Below are positions 29,076-39,345 of a stretch of DNA of 64,000 nt, one piece after another. The stretch is from an uncultured Gemmatimonadales bacterium (lineage in GTDB: Bacteria; Gemmatimonadota; Gemmatimonadetes; Palauibacterales; Palauibacteraceae), in contig CAWANJ010000001.1 in the NCBI GenBank assembly GCA_963783385.1, positions 640,001-704,000 on the forward strand, read 5' to 3'. How positions within the stretch are numbered: the stretch's first letter is position 1; each line of letters opens with the position of its first letter. The translations under genes were made by a program, and so were the position numbers. The notes under the pieces were generated by a model that was given only the letters and a program-made list of their open reading frames with translations, did no database searches and was not told where the DNA came from.

Positions 29076-30490
29076 TCAGGGCGCACCCGGCCTCGCCGAC
29101 GGCCTCTCGGCCCGGCAGGCTCTCTCCGCCGCCCGCAGCCACACGCGCACCCGGGCCGGGCGCCCGGCGCGTGGATCCTGCCGCTCGGATCGCACCAGCG
29201 CCGTGACCCTCTCCTGCGGTGTTCGTGCCAGCGCGCACACGCCGCGCACGCTCCCCCGCCACAGCGCCGCCGCGTTGCGCGTGCCCATACCGCGGAGCGA
29301 GGCCAGCCGGGCGGCCCGGACCAGGGCGCCCGCGCGGCCGGGGGGGAGGCCGGCGCGGCGGCTCACAGCGGTTGAATCGGTCTTCGCCAGCACGCCAGGC
29401 CCCCGGAGGTCGGCGGCCTCGAGATGCCGGATCTCGGCCGGCCGCGCGCCGGGCAGGTCGGCGAGCCGCGGCGCCGCGGAGTCCACCGTCCACCGGTCGA
29501 GGCCGACCTGCACGGCGGCGCAGAACAGGAGCGCCAGGAGCACGGCGAGAGCGACGCGGCCCGCAAGAAGACCCGTCCCGCGTGAGCGCGGCGCCGAGGC
29601 GGACCCCGACGACTCCCGCGCTCCACCCCGGCACGGCCACGCCCAGGTTCGCGAGCGCCTGGTAGATCACGAAACAGTCGAGGGCGAACACCGGAAAGCC
29701 CAGAAAGCCGGGGAGCGGCATCTCGAACAGCTTGAGGTGCTCCAGACCCGGCACCGTGTAGATCCAGCGGGCCCCGGCCAGCCGGTTGTAGCCCTCCCAC
29801 AGGAGTCCGATGCCGGCGCCGCCCGCCAGCAGGCGAACGATCCGCGTCCAGCTCCCCCGCGCCAGGTCGCCGAGCAGCGAGCTGCCCGGGTCCCGGGCGT
29901 GGTTAAAGGGCTCGAGGAGGAGGGTCGAGGCGCCCCAGATGAGGGGGAAGAAGGCGTCCGGCCAGCGCAGCGCGAGGAGGACGAAGGCGGCCCCGAGGAG
30001 GAGGCAGACGGCGTAGTGCCCGCGCCCCACCCGGAATCCGGGCCGGCTCCAGCCCTGCGCCAGGCCGACCTCGTCCATCCAGCGCTGCGCCAGGTAGATG
30101 GCGGGGAGCACGGTGGCGAAGGCCACAATGGTCCCGGCCCAGCGCGGCAGGAGGGCGCCCGGGACGAACACGTAGTACCAGTCCGCCATCCTCAGGTTGA
30201 GGAGCTCGAACAGGTACCAGGTGGGTCCGGACCAGAACCACAGGGACAGCGCGAAGCGGGGCCGGGCCGCCAGGGGCGCGCTCCCCGTCCTCAGCGCCAG
30301 GCTGCCGTCCAGCAGGAGGAGGGTCGGGTACCAGGCGAACTGGAAGAACCAGTCGCGGAACGGCTGCATCCCGCGCGCGGCGAGGAGGATGGTGACGAAC
30401 AACGCCGCCGCGCCGAGGCCCACTTCCAGGGCGCCCCGGCGTCGGCCCGTCCCGCGCTCCGTTCCCGTCCCCCGGTCCGATCTCGTCCCA
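29076..30490 (-). CDS. Membrane protein with C-terminal DUF4332-like HhH domain (frameshift near 29575; start approximate)
   Basis: Multi-TM part with WYLFELLN and LFEMPLPGFLGFP; second frame ARLASLRGMGTRNAAAL...VRVWLRAA. Confidence 0.6.
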
Positions 30491-30667
30491 ACCTCCCCCG
30501 CTCGAGCCTCCGACGCCTCCCGGCACGGCAGGATACGATGCCGGCGGCGGCGGCGAAAACGGCGCGTTCGGGTTGACGACATCGCGCGCTCGGGCGAATT
30601 TGACCGCTCGCGGCGCGGGAAGGGGTTCCGGGCCGCCACGCCACGCTCCGGGAGACGACCGAGACCA

Positions 30668-30941
30668 ATGCGCTACGTGACCATGACCGCGATCGCGCCC
30701 GAGGAGGTCCTCGCGCGCGCCCGACATTTCTTCGCCCGGAACACCCAGCTGGAGCTGGTCGAGGAGCAGGAGGACGAGCTCGTGTTCCAGGGCGAGATCG
30801 GGCGCGCCGTCCTTCGCGTGGACCGCGAGCACGGCCGCACCAACGTCCACGTGGAGACCGACCGCGTGGTGGGACTCGAATGTCACCGACATCGCCAAGC
30901 GCTTCCTGTACACGCTCCGGATCGAGGGACAGAAGGTATGA
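30668..30941 (+). CDS. Small hypothetical protein (apparent +1 insertion at 30879-30880)
   Basis: GGGAG RBS plus ATG; removing one A gives ...GLDVTDIAKRFLYTLRIEGQKV* ending in an ATGA overlap with the next ORF. Confidence 0.55.
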
Positions 30942-31279
30942 CCGCCGACGCGAAGGCCCATCGCGACCGCTCGGCCGGACGATCCTGGCGGGAGAGCAGC
31001 TCCGAGGAGACCGTGACCCTCCGGCTCATCATGCCGGACCACTGGCTCGAGCAGGTGACCGAGCTCCCGCTCGGCACGACCGTCCAGGAGGCCAAGCGAC
31101 TCGGGCTCCGCGACCTCCTGCAGCGCGACACCGACCGTCCCGGCGATTTCTACGTGGAGTACGCGGAGCGGCGGGTCCCCGACGAGTCCATCACGCTGGC
31201 CGAGGTCGGCGCCCAGGACGGCGAGATCCTCTCCATCCGGGCCTACGACCTGGGCCACTACCCCCGGTTCACGGGGTAG
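30938..31279 (+). CDS. Ubiquitin-like (beta-grasp, YukD/EsaB-like) protein
   Basis: VTLRL..ELPLGTTVQEAKR..FYVEY..VPDESITLAEVGAQDGEILSI matches the ubiquitin-like pattern; ends RFTG. Confidence 0.6.
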   Translation: MTADAKAHRDRSAGRSWRESSSEETVTLRLIMPDHWLEQVTELPLGTTVQEAKRLGLRDLLQRDTDRPGDFYVEYAERRVPDESITLAEVGAQDGEILSIRAYDLGHYPRFTG

Positions 31280-31327
31280 TCGGGGCGCTCGGCCCGGAGC
31301 GGCCAGCCCCTCGCTCGATCCCTCCCC

Positions 31328-32746
31328 TCACTCGTCCGGGTGGCGCTGGAAGTAGCTCCGCGTCTCCCGGAACACGATCCCCGACAGCAGCAGCAGTCCG
31401 ATCAGGTTGGGGAACGCCATCAGCCCGTTCATGATGTCCGATAGGAGCCACACCACCTGGATGGGCCGCGCCGCGGCAATGGCGATGACGACCACGAACA
31501 CGAGCCGGTAGGGCACCACGACCTTCTCGCCGAACAGGTACTCGAGGTTGCGCTCGCCGTAGTAGGACCAGCCCAGCATCGTACTGAAGGCGAAGATGGC
31601 CAGGCTGAAGGCGACGACGTAGCCGCCCCACTCGCCGGGGAGCCCGGTGCGGAAGGCGTGCTGGGTGAGGTTGGCGCCGTTGAGCCCCGGCTCCTGCCAC
31701 GCCCCGGTCGACAGGATCACGATGCCGGTGAAGGTGCACACCACGATCGTGTCGATGAAGGTCTGGGTCATGGAGACGAGCGCCTGGCGCACGGGCTCGT
31801 CGGTCTGCGCGGCGGCCGCCGCGATTCCGCCCGTCCCCAGCCCCGACTCGTTCGAGAAGATCCCGCGCGCCACCCCGAAGCGCATGGCCTGGAGGACCGT
31901 GTAGCCCAGCGCCCCGCCGGCCATGGCCACGGGTTCGAACGCTCCCTGGAAGACGAGCGCGAAGGCGTGCGCGACGCCGTGCCGGTTGATGACGATGATC
32001 GTGCCGGCCCCGATCAGGTAGGCCGCGATCATGATCGGCACGAACACGCCCGTGAAGCGCCCGATCGACTTGATGCCGCCCAGGATCACGGCGGCGGCGA
32101 GGAACGCCACCACGATCCCGGTGACGATCGGCGGCACCCCGAACGACTGGCGCACGGCATCGGCCACGGCCTGGGACTGGACGCCGTTGCCGATCCCGAA
32201 GGCGGCGATGGAGGCGAAGACCGCGAAGGCGATGGACAGGATCTTGCCGAGCTTGCCCCAGCGGATCCCGTGCTCCAGGTAGTACATGGGGCCGCCGGCC
32301 TTCTCGCCCCGGGCGTCGGTCTCCCGGAAGTGGACGCCGAGGATGGCCTCGGAGTACTTGGTGGCCATGCCCACGAGTCCGGTGACCCACATCCAGAAGA
32401 GCGCCCCGGGTCCGCCGGCGGAGATGGCCGTGGCCACCCCGACGATGTTCCCGGTACCCACGGTGGCGGCCAGGGCCGTCATGAGGGCCTGGAAGTGGGA
32501 GATGTCCCCCTCGGCCCCCTCGTCCCGCCGCTTGATGAGGGCCAGCCACAGGGCGTGCAGCAGCTTGCGGAATTGCAGGCCGCGCAGGAGCAGGGTTAGA
32601 TATAGGCCCGTTCCCACCAGCAGGATGATCAGGGGCAGACCCCACACCCAGTCCGAGATGGCCTGCAGGTGGGGTATCAAGCCGCCGGCGGACGCGCCCT
32701 GGAGGGCCGCGAGCGGGCCGAGCGGAACCGCCGCGATCTGGTGCAT
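31328..32746 (-). CDS. Sodium:alanine/glycine symporter (AGCS family)
   Basis: [58 protein letters not shown]. Confidence 0.93.
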   Translation of the reverse strand: MHQIAAVPLGPLAALQGASAGGLIPHLQAISDWVWGLPLIILLVGTGLYLTLLLRGLQFRKLLHALWLALIKRRDEGAEGDISHFQALMTALAATVGTGNIVGVATAISAGGPGALFWMWVTGLVGMATKYSEAILGVHFRETDARGEKAGGPMYYLEHGIRWGKLGKILSIAFAVFASIAAFGIGNGVQSQAVADAVRQSFGVPPIVTGIVVAFLAAAVILGGIKSIGRFTGVFVPIMIAAYLIGAGTIIVINRHGVAHAFALVFQGAFEPVAMAGGALGYTVLQAMRFGVARGIFSNESGLGTGGIAAAAAQTDEPVRQALVSMTQTFIDTIVVCTFTGIVILSTGAWQEPGLNGANLTQHAFRTGLPGEWGGYVVAFSLAIFAFSTMLGWSYYGERNLEYLFGEKVVVPYRLVFVVVIAIAAARPIQVVWLLSDIMNGLMAFPNLIGLLLLSGIVFRETRSYFQRHPDE

Positions 32747-32883
32747 GGTCGTTGCGCTCGTCTCGGTCGAGGAGGGAACGGACGGGTCCGCGAACGGCTG
32801 AACGCCGAACAGGGTAGACCCCGGCCCGCGCGGACGTCAACACGATCAAGCGGCGCGACGAGTCACCCCCGAGGAGGGACGAC

Positions 32884-34482
32884 GTGGAAGAGGAGCAGCT
32901 GGAGGCCGCCAGGAGGCTCGGGTACGGCCGCACCCCCGAGCTGGTGGAGGAGCTGGAGGCCGTGGCCCTTCGCGGGAACCCGATCGCGGCCGTCGCAGCG
33001 CGCGGCTCGGGCGCGGAGCTGCTCTACGCGCTCGCCGCCGCGGGCCGCTGCGACCCCGAGTCACCGGCCGTGCAGGGCCTCGTCCTGTGTCCGACCGAGG
33101 AGGCCGCCCTGCGCGCGGCCGCGGCCCTGCACGCGGTGGGGCTCACCGCCGAGCTCGAGGCGCTGGCCTGGCGGCCGTGGCGCGAGGCCTCGGAGGGGGC
33201 CGGCGAGCGGGCCGAGCGCCCATTCGCCCAGCTCGTCGCCGGCCGCCCGGTGGAGCTGCTCCCCGAAGTGCGCTCGGGCCGGCTCAAGCTCGGGGAAATC
33301 CGCCTGCTGGCCCTGGACGGGGTCAGCGCGCTGGAGAGCACGGGTCAGTGGGAGTCGGTCGAGGCCATCCTCGACACCCTGCCCGAGGGCGCCCAGAAGA
33401 TCGCGGTCGACGACCACCTGTCCGAGCGGCTCAAGTCGCTGGTCACCCACCAGCTCGGGCGCGGCAAGAAGTGGCCTCCCGAGCTGTTCGCGCTGGGCTC
33501 GGAGGGTCCTCCGACCGGCCGGGGCGTCCTCCTGGCAGGCTCGGCGGCCTCCCTGGAGGGCCGGCTGGAGCGGCTGTCCGCCGGCCTGCGCGCGGCGGCC
33601 GAGGACCGCCAGGCGGAGTCGGCGGTGGTGCACTGCCCCGACGAGGACACGGCCTACCGCACGGCCTCCGGTCTGGCGGCGCGGGGGTTCGCCCTGGCGG
33701 ACGAGCCGGGCGAGCCGGGCGTGGTAGTGGCGTGGGGCGACGAGGAGCCCGCCGGCGGCACGGCGGCGCTCCTGGGACTCCCCTCCGGCCTGCCTGATCT
33801 CCAGCGCCGCCTCGGGGCGGCCTCGGCCCGCATCGCGGTGGTGGCCGACGGCGAGCTCCCCCAGCTCCGCATCCTGGCCAGACGGGCCGGGTGGGCGGTG
33901 CGGGAGGTGCCCGAGCCGCCACCCGCCGCGGCCCGGGACTCGATCGCCCGCGCCCGCGAGGCGATCCGGCGCCGCATCGAGGGTTTCGACGACGCGGCCG
34001 AGCTCCTGGTCCTCGAGCCGTTGCTCGACGAGCACGGCGCGGCGCGCGTGGCCGCCGCCCTGGGCGCGCTCCTCCGGGAGCGACAGGGGCCGGCGCCCGC
34101 GGAGGACGAGGCCGCCGGTGGCGCGGCCGGCTACGGCTCATCGGCCGCGGAGCCGCGCGGGGCCGCCGCGCCGCGACGCGACGCGCGGGAGAGGCCGAGG
34201 GGCCGCCCCGGCACGGGAGCCCGGGAGCCGGGGACGCGGGGCTCCTGGTATCGGATCTACATCAACGCCGGCTCGAGGGACGGCGTGGGCCCCAACGACA
34301 TCGTGGGCGCCATCACGGGTGAGACCGGCGCGGTGGGAGCGCAGATCGGCCAGATCGACGTCCGGGGCAGCTACACCCTGGTGGACGTCGACTCACAGGT
34401 GGCGGAGCAGGTGATGTCGGGCCTGTCGGGCGCCAGCATCAAGGGGCGGGAGGTGGTGGCGCGGCCCGACCGGGGCTCCTGA
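32884..34482 (+). CDS. Degenerate DEAD-box helicase-like protein with DbpA RNA-binding domain
   Basis: Relic motifs ARGSGAE, LVLCPTEEAA and LALDGV; intact C-terminal RIYINAGSRDGVGPNDIVGAI...IGQIDV. Confidence 0.75.
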   Translation: MEEEQLEAARRLGYGRTPELVEELEAVALRGNPIAAVAARGSGAELLYALAAAGRCDPESPAVQGLVLCPTEEAALRAAAALHAVGLTAELEALAWRPWREASEGAGERAERPFAQLVAGRPVELLPEVRSGRLKLGEIRLLALDGVSALESTGQWESVEAILDTLPEGAQKIAVDDHLSERLKSLVTHQLGRGKKWPPELFALGSEGPPTGRGVLLAGSAASLEGRLERLSAGLRAAAEDRQAESAVVHCPDEDTAYRTASGLAARGFALADEPGEPGVVVAWGDEEPAGGTAALLGLPSGLPDLQRRLGAASARIAVVADGELPQLRILARRAGWAVREVPEPPPAAARDSIARAREAIRRRIEGFDDAAELLVLEPLLDEHGAARVAAALGALLRERQGPAPAEDEAAGGAAGYGSSAAEPRGAAAPRRDARERPRGRPGTGAREPGTRGSWYRIYINAGSRDGVGPNDIVGAITGETGAVGAQIGQIDVRGSYTLVDVDSQVAEQVMSGLSGASIKGREVVARPDRGS

Positions 34483-34596
34483 GAGGGGCCCGGGGCGGGA
34501 CCAGGCCGCGATGCGCGCGGGGGGCGGAGCCGCCCACGCGGCCCCGCCCCCCGGTTTACACGGGCCGTCGCGGCGGCCCGTCTGCGCCACCTCTGC

Positions 34597-34881
34597 TTAG
34601 TTGACGGAGTCCTTGAGGCCCTTGCCGGCCCGGAAGCTGACCGCATTGCTGGCGGAGATACGGATCTTCTCGCCCGTCTGCGGATTACGACCCATGCGAG
34701 CCTTCCGCTTGCGAGTCTCGAACGTGCCGAAACCCGTGATCTGGACCTTCTTGCCGCGCTTGAGCGTCTTGGAGATGACGCCGCTGTCCGTGTCGAACAG
34801 CGCGTCGATGGCGCGCTGCGCATCGGCCTTGGTGAAGTTGGTGGCCTTGGCGAGGGCCTCGGTGAGCTCGGTCTTGTTCAC
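34597..34881 (-). CDS. hup: HU family DNA-binding protein
   Basis: AAAGGAG RBS plus GTG; MNKTEL, VQITGFGTF, GRNPQTG, FRAGKGLK. Confidence 0.95.
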   Translation of the reverse strand: MNKTELTEALAKATNFTKADAQRAIDALFDTDSGVISKTLKRGKKVQITGFGTFETRKRKARMGRNPQTGEKIRISASNAVSFRAGKGLKDSVN

Positions 34882-35114
34882 GGTGACTCCTTTTGGTGAA
34901 GGTGACGAAAGCGCAGACGAGACGTGGCCTCTCACGTACCTCAGTGTATGAGCGACCTCCGGGGCCGTCAAGTGACGCGGAGCCGTCGAAGTCGAGGCGC
35001 CGCCGGACATTTCCGGGGTCCACCCCCCCGACGGGCCGCTGGCACCCCCCGGAATCGGCCCGGGCACCCACCCCGGGGATCGCTCCTCGAGCGCGCCGTG
35101 GACGGAGCTAGAGC

Positions 35115-36140
35115 GTGAGCAGGAAGCTCTTCCTGCGGCGCGTCGGCTTCCTGGCCGCCCTGCTCCTCGTGCTGCTCGCAGTGGGCACCGCGGGCTTCAT
35201 GCGCTTTCCCGGCTGGAGCTTCTCCGACGCCCTGTACATGACCGTCACCACGATTACGGCGGTCGGCTACCAGGAGGTGCACCCGCTGAACGACGCGGGT
35301 CGAACCCTGGCCGGAATCCTGCTCGCCGGCGGTATCACGGGCATGGGGCTGTGGTTCGCGCTGCTGACATTGGCGATCGTCGAGATGGACCTGGCCGAGG
35401 CTTTTCGTTCGAGGAGGACCATGAAGAAGATCGTCGATCTCTCTGGCCACGTCGTCGTGTGCGGCGCCGGGCGATCGGGACGCCAGGTGGTTCGAGAGCT
35501 GGCGGCGGCCCGGGTGCCGTACGTGGCGATCGACCGGGACCCGCGGCGCGTGGAGCTGGTGCGCGAGATCGACCCCGAAGCGCTGGTCCTGGAGGCCGAC
35601 GCCACCCGCGACGAGACGCTGGAGCAAGCGGGCGTACGCCGTGCCCGCGGGCTGATCACGGCCCTCAGCGCCGACACCGACAACCTGTTCGTATGCCTGA
35701 GCGCGCGCTCCCTGTCGCCCTCCCTCACCATCGTGGCCCGCGCCCTGGACGAGGAGGCCATGAGCAAGCTGTACCGGGCCGGAGCCGACCACTGCGTGAG
35801 CCCCAACATCACCGGGGGCGTGCGCATGGCCTCGATGCTCCTGCGGCCGCAGGTGGTGAGCTTCCTCGACGTCGTGATGGGCGAACTGGAGCTGGCGCTG
35901 CGCCTGGAGGAGGTGCGCGTGCCCGGGAGCTCGCCCCTGGCCGGGAAGAGCCTGTCCGAGGTCCGCATCCCGCAGAAGACGGGACTCATCATCATCGCGG
36001 TCTACCACGAGGCGGAGTCCGGGGAGCGGGAGCTGGTCTACAACCCCGGCTCCGAGGAGCGCATCCGCGAGCGCGACACGCTGATCGCGCTCGGCGAGCC
36101 CGACCGCATCGATCGACTCCGGCGCATGGTCGGCGCGTGA
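35115..36140 (+). CDS. Two-TM potassium channel with RCK (TrkA-N/C) domains
   Basis: DALYMTVTTITAVGY pore region, HVVVCGAGRSG, DTDNL, RAGAD. Confidence 0.9.
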   Translation: MSRKLFLRRVGFLAALLLVLLAVGTAGFMRFPGWSFSDALYMTVTTITAVGYQEVHPLNDAGRTLAGILLAGGITGMGLWFALLTLAIVEMDLAEAFRSRRTMKKIVDLSGHVVVCGAGRSGRQVVRELAAARVPYVAIDRDPRRVELVREIDPEALVLEADATRDETLEQAGVRRARGLITALSADTDNLFVCLSARSLSPSLTIVARALDEEAMSKLYRAGADHCVSPNITGGVRMASMLLRPQVVSFLDVVMGELELALRLEEVRVPGSSPLAGKSLSEVRIPQKTGLIIIAVYHEAESGERELVYNPGSEERIRERDTLIALGEPDRIDRLRRMVGA

Positions 36141-37162
36141 TCGAGGAGCTGGACCCCGGCGGAACGGACGAGCCCGGCACGGACGCCGGAGCGCCCGGGG
36201 ACGAGGACGCGGAAGCTGCGGCTCGGTCCGAGCCGCGCGGCGAGTCGCGCCGGCGGCGCCCCTCCCTCGTGCGGCGGGCGCTCCAGCTCGCGGGCGGGCT
36301 GCTCGCGCTCCTCCTCGTAAGCGGTATCGTCCTCTATCTCACCTCTCCGAACGGCTCCGAGTACCGCCACGCCTGGCCGAAGCGCACCGCTTACATGCAG
36401 CTCCGCATCGACGAGGCTCGTGACGCCGGGCGCCCTCTCCGGATCCAGTACCTGCCGGTCCCCCTGTCCCGGATCCCGCACGCCGTTCAGCGCGCCGTCC
36501 TCGTCGGCGAGGACGCGGGATTCTACGGCCACGGAGCCTTCGACTGGTCGGAGATGCGGGCGGCCGCCGAGCAGGCATGGCGGGAGGGGGAGTCGCCGCG
36601 GGGGGCGAGCACGATCACGCAGCAGCTCGCCCGGAACCTCTACCTCTCCCCCCAGCGCTCGCTGTGGCGGAAGGTCAGGGAGGCCATCATCGCCGTGCGG
36701 CTCGAGCACGCGCTCTCCAAGCGCCGGATCCTGGAGCTGTACCTGAACGTCTTCGAGCTCGGACGCGGCGTGTTCGGCGTGGAGGCGGCCAGCGAGCACT
36801 ACTTCGGCGAGCCGGTGGACGCGCTCGGCCGGGAGCAGGCGGTGCGGCTGGCAGCCACGATCCCCTCTCCGCTGCACGACAACCCGGACACGGACACGCG
36901 GCAGTATCGCTGGAGGATCGGGCTCATCGGCCCGCGCGCGTTCCCGCCCGACACCACCGCCGTCGACACGGGGGCCGCGGACCTCGGCGCGGACACCGCC
37001 GCCATGGACACCGCGGCGATGCCGCCGGCCCTCCCCTCGGCCGGAACCGCCGCGGCCCCGGCGGACACGCTCACGCCCGACACTCTGCGGCCGGACAGTG
37101 CCGCGCCGGACACGGCGGGACGCGGGGTCGAAGGTACGCACCGCCCTCCGCGGCCGCGATAG
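36137..37162 (+). CDS. mtgA: Monofunctional peptidoglycan transglycosylase
   Basis: GEDAGFYGH, RGASTITQQLARNLYL, RKVRE, KRRILELYLN, GVEAAS. Confidence 0.9.
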   Translation: MIEELDPGGTDEPGTDAGAPGDEDAEAAARSEPRGESRRRRPSLVRRALQLAGGLLALLLVSGIVLYLTSPNGSEYRHAWPKRTAYMQLRIDEARDAGRPLRIQYLPVPLSRIPHAVQRAVLVGEDAGFYGHGAFDWSEMRAAAEQAWREGESPRGASTITQQLARNLYLSPQRSLWRKVREAIIAVRLEHALSKRRILELYLNVFELGRGVFGVEAASEHYFGEPVDALGREQAVRLAATIPSPLHDNPDTDTRQYRWRIGLIGPRAFPPDTTAVDTGAADLGADTAAMDTAAMPPALPSAGTAAAPADTLTPDTLRPDSAAPDTAGRGVEGTHRPPRPR

Positions 37163-37181
37163 AGCCGGAGCTCGCACGCCT

Positions 37182-38868
37182 CTACAGCCCCGCTTCCGTG
37201 GCCCGGAACCACACGTCGTCGGGGACGTCGCGCTCCCGCCTCCAGCGGGCGGAGGCCGTGAGGGGGCCCGGATCGGCGCCGTGGAGGCGGTTGGCGCGGA
37301 CGAGGGTGCTTAGCCGGGCCGCCGGGGTGGGGGCCGGGCCGGAGCGCGGCGGTCCTGGCGCCTTGCCCGTGCGCTGCGAGCCCGCTCCGGTGCGTCTCCG
37401 CTCGCCGTCCCGCGCCCGGTGCCCGAGCCCCTCTTCCCGCTCCGCGTCCAGGTGCACGCCGCCGCGCGGGTCCCGGAACACGGCCCGCCCCTTCCCCCAC
37501 CACTCGAGCCGCCAGCCGCCCTCGTGGACGAGCCGGTGGTGATGGCGGCACAGGAGGACGCAGTTGTCCAGGCTGGTCTCCCCGCCGTCGGCCCAGTGCT
37601 CGACGTGGTGGGCGTCGGTGAAGCGGAGGCCGCAGCCCGGGAAGCGGCAGCCGCGGTCGCGGACCTCCAGCGCCCGGCGCAGCGCCGGCGGGATGGTGCG
37701 GGTGCGGCGGCCCACGGAGAGGACGGAGCCGGCGGGGGCCGGGGCGCCAGGCGCCGAGCCGTCGACTCGAGCCGTCGCCGGCTCTGCGGCGGGACGTGGG
37801 TCACCCGTATCAACGCGGCGTCACAGGCGAGCCGGCGGGACGTCTCCGCGGAGACGCGGGTGCCGTCCTCGAGCTCGGAGCGGCCGGACTCCCGGTCCTC
37901 GGACAGGGTGTCCGCGTCCACGTGCAGGCAGCACCTGGTAGCGCTCGGCCCGGGTGCCGCTGATCGGACGCTCGGAGGCGGAGGCTCCGCTCCCGTCCGC
38001 GGCTTCGTCCTCGCCGGCGAGTCCCGAACCCCGCCGCCAGCGCCCGCTCGGCCAGGAGCCCGAGAGCGTCGGCCCGCCGGCGGGCCGCCTCCCGGCCCGT
38101 GTCCGGCTCGGCGCGGCACGTCCCCGCGGGGACGTGCTCGGGCGGTTCCGCGGAACCGCCGGTGGCCGCGTCCGCCTCCGGGGCCCGGGACCGCTCCTCG
38201 CCGTCCGCCTTCCGCTCCTCCCTGTAGAGCGCATCGCTGGCCGCCTCGATCGCCCGCATGAGGAGGGCTCCCACCTCGGGCTCCAGCCGGCCCCGGATGA
38301 CGTACATGCCCTCCTCGTCGGGGAACACCGAGAGGCGGCGCAGGCGGCGGATCTCCTCGGCCCGTGCCGCCTCGTCCTGGCGGCTCCCCCTCTTCCAGGC
38401 GCGCACCACGCGCTCCAGCCGGGCGGCGGTCACCCCCTCGGCCAGCGCCAGCAGGTCGGCCTCGCTCTCCGGGTCGGCCACCCGGGTCAGGGCGCGCACC
38501 TTGGAGAAGGAGAGCCGGCCCCGGCTCATGGAGCGGCTCGTCTCGGGGAGCGCCTCCAGCGCCCTCGCCACCCGCACGTGCTCTCTCGCCGTGCGCTGGT
38601 CCATGCCGGTGCGCCACGCCAGCCACTCGGCGCAGCCCCGGTGGCCGGCCGCCTCCCAGCCCCCGAGCCGGTCGAAGCGCGCGATCAGGGTGAGCAGCCG
38701 GTGGGTGGCGGCGTGGATGTGGGCCGCCAGGGTGGCGATCTCGTCGCCGAGCTCGTCGAGGAGGTCGGGGTCGGGTGACGTCCCCGCGGAGACGTCTCCG
38801 GCCGCTCGGCCCCGCTCCCCATACTCGACCTCCGCCCGCTCCCGCAGCGCCAGCACCGTCGCTCCCAT
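37182..38868 (-). pseudogene. DUF222/HNH endonuclease (13E12-like), split by about three frameshifts
   Basis: CAEWLAWRTG..AREHVRVARAL, LSFSKVRALTR, SRRLACDA, RDRGCRFPGC..HHVEHW..N..LCRHHH spread over three frames; shifts near 38024, 37927 and 37750-37800 (may be assembly errors). Confidence 0.8.
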
Positions 38869-39345
38869 CGTCCGCCTCCCATCCCGCACCCGCGCCCCGG
38901 CCCTCCGGGCCCCGCCACGAGGCCCGAAAGGCCCCGTAACTCGTACCTCTCCAATATAATCGGCCGATTTCCGGCCTCCGGAGGCGGCGGCTGCGGGATC
39001 AACGGCGGCCTGGAGGAGGCGCGAAGGGGAGGGACCGGCCGGCGGCCGGGAGAGCGGGCGTCAGGGGGGCCGGGGGCGCGCCAGGAGCGGGGTCCGGCCC
39101 TCACCCCGACCGTCAACGGAATCCTGTCAAGACCCGACCGGCCAGTTGAATGATCGGCCGGTTCGAGCACCCGCCTCCCGAAGCTGCCTGACGCCGGATC
39201 GCGGCACCGCGGCTCGGGGGACAGAGCGAGGCCCAGGTCGGCAGAAAGAGCGGGACTGGAGCCGATACAGGGCGAAACGGAGACGACGGGCACACCGGTT
39301 GGCCGCGAGCCGGCGCGACACGACCGCGAGCTCCCGCCCTCGCAG

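Noticed and set aside
28357-30639. Apparent membrane protein-methyltransferase fusion
   Set aside because: Frameshift near 29575; the methyltransferase has its own RBS and ATG at 29025.
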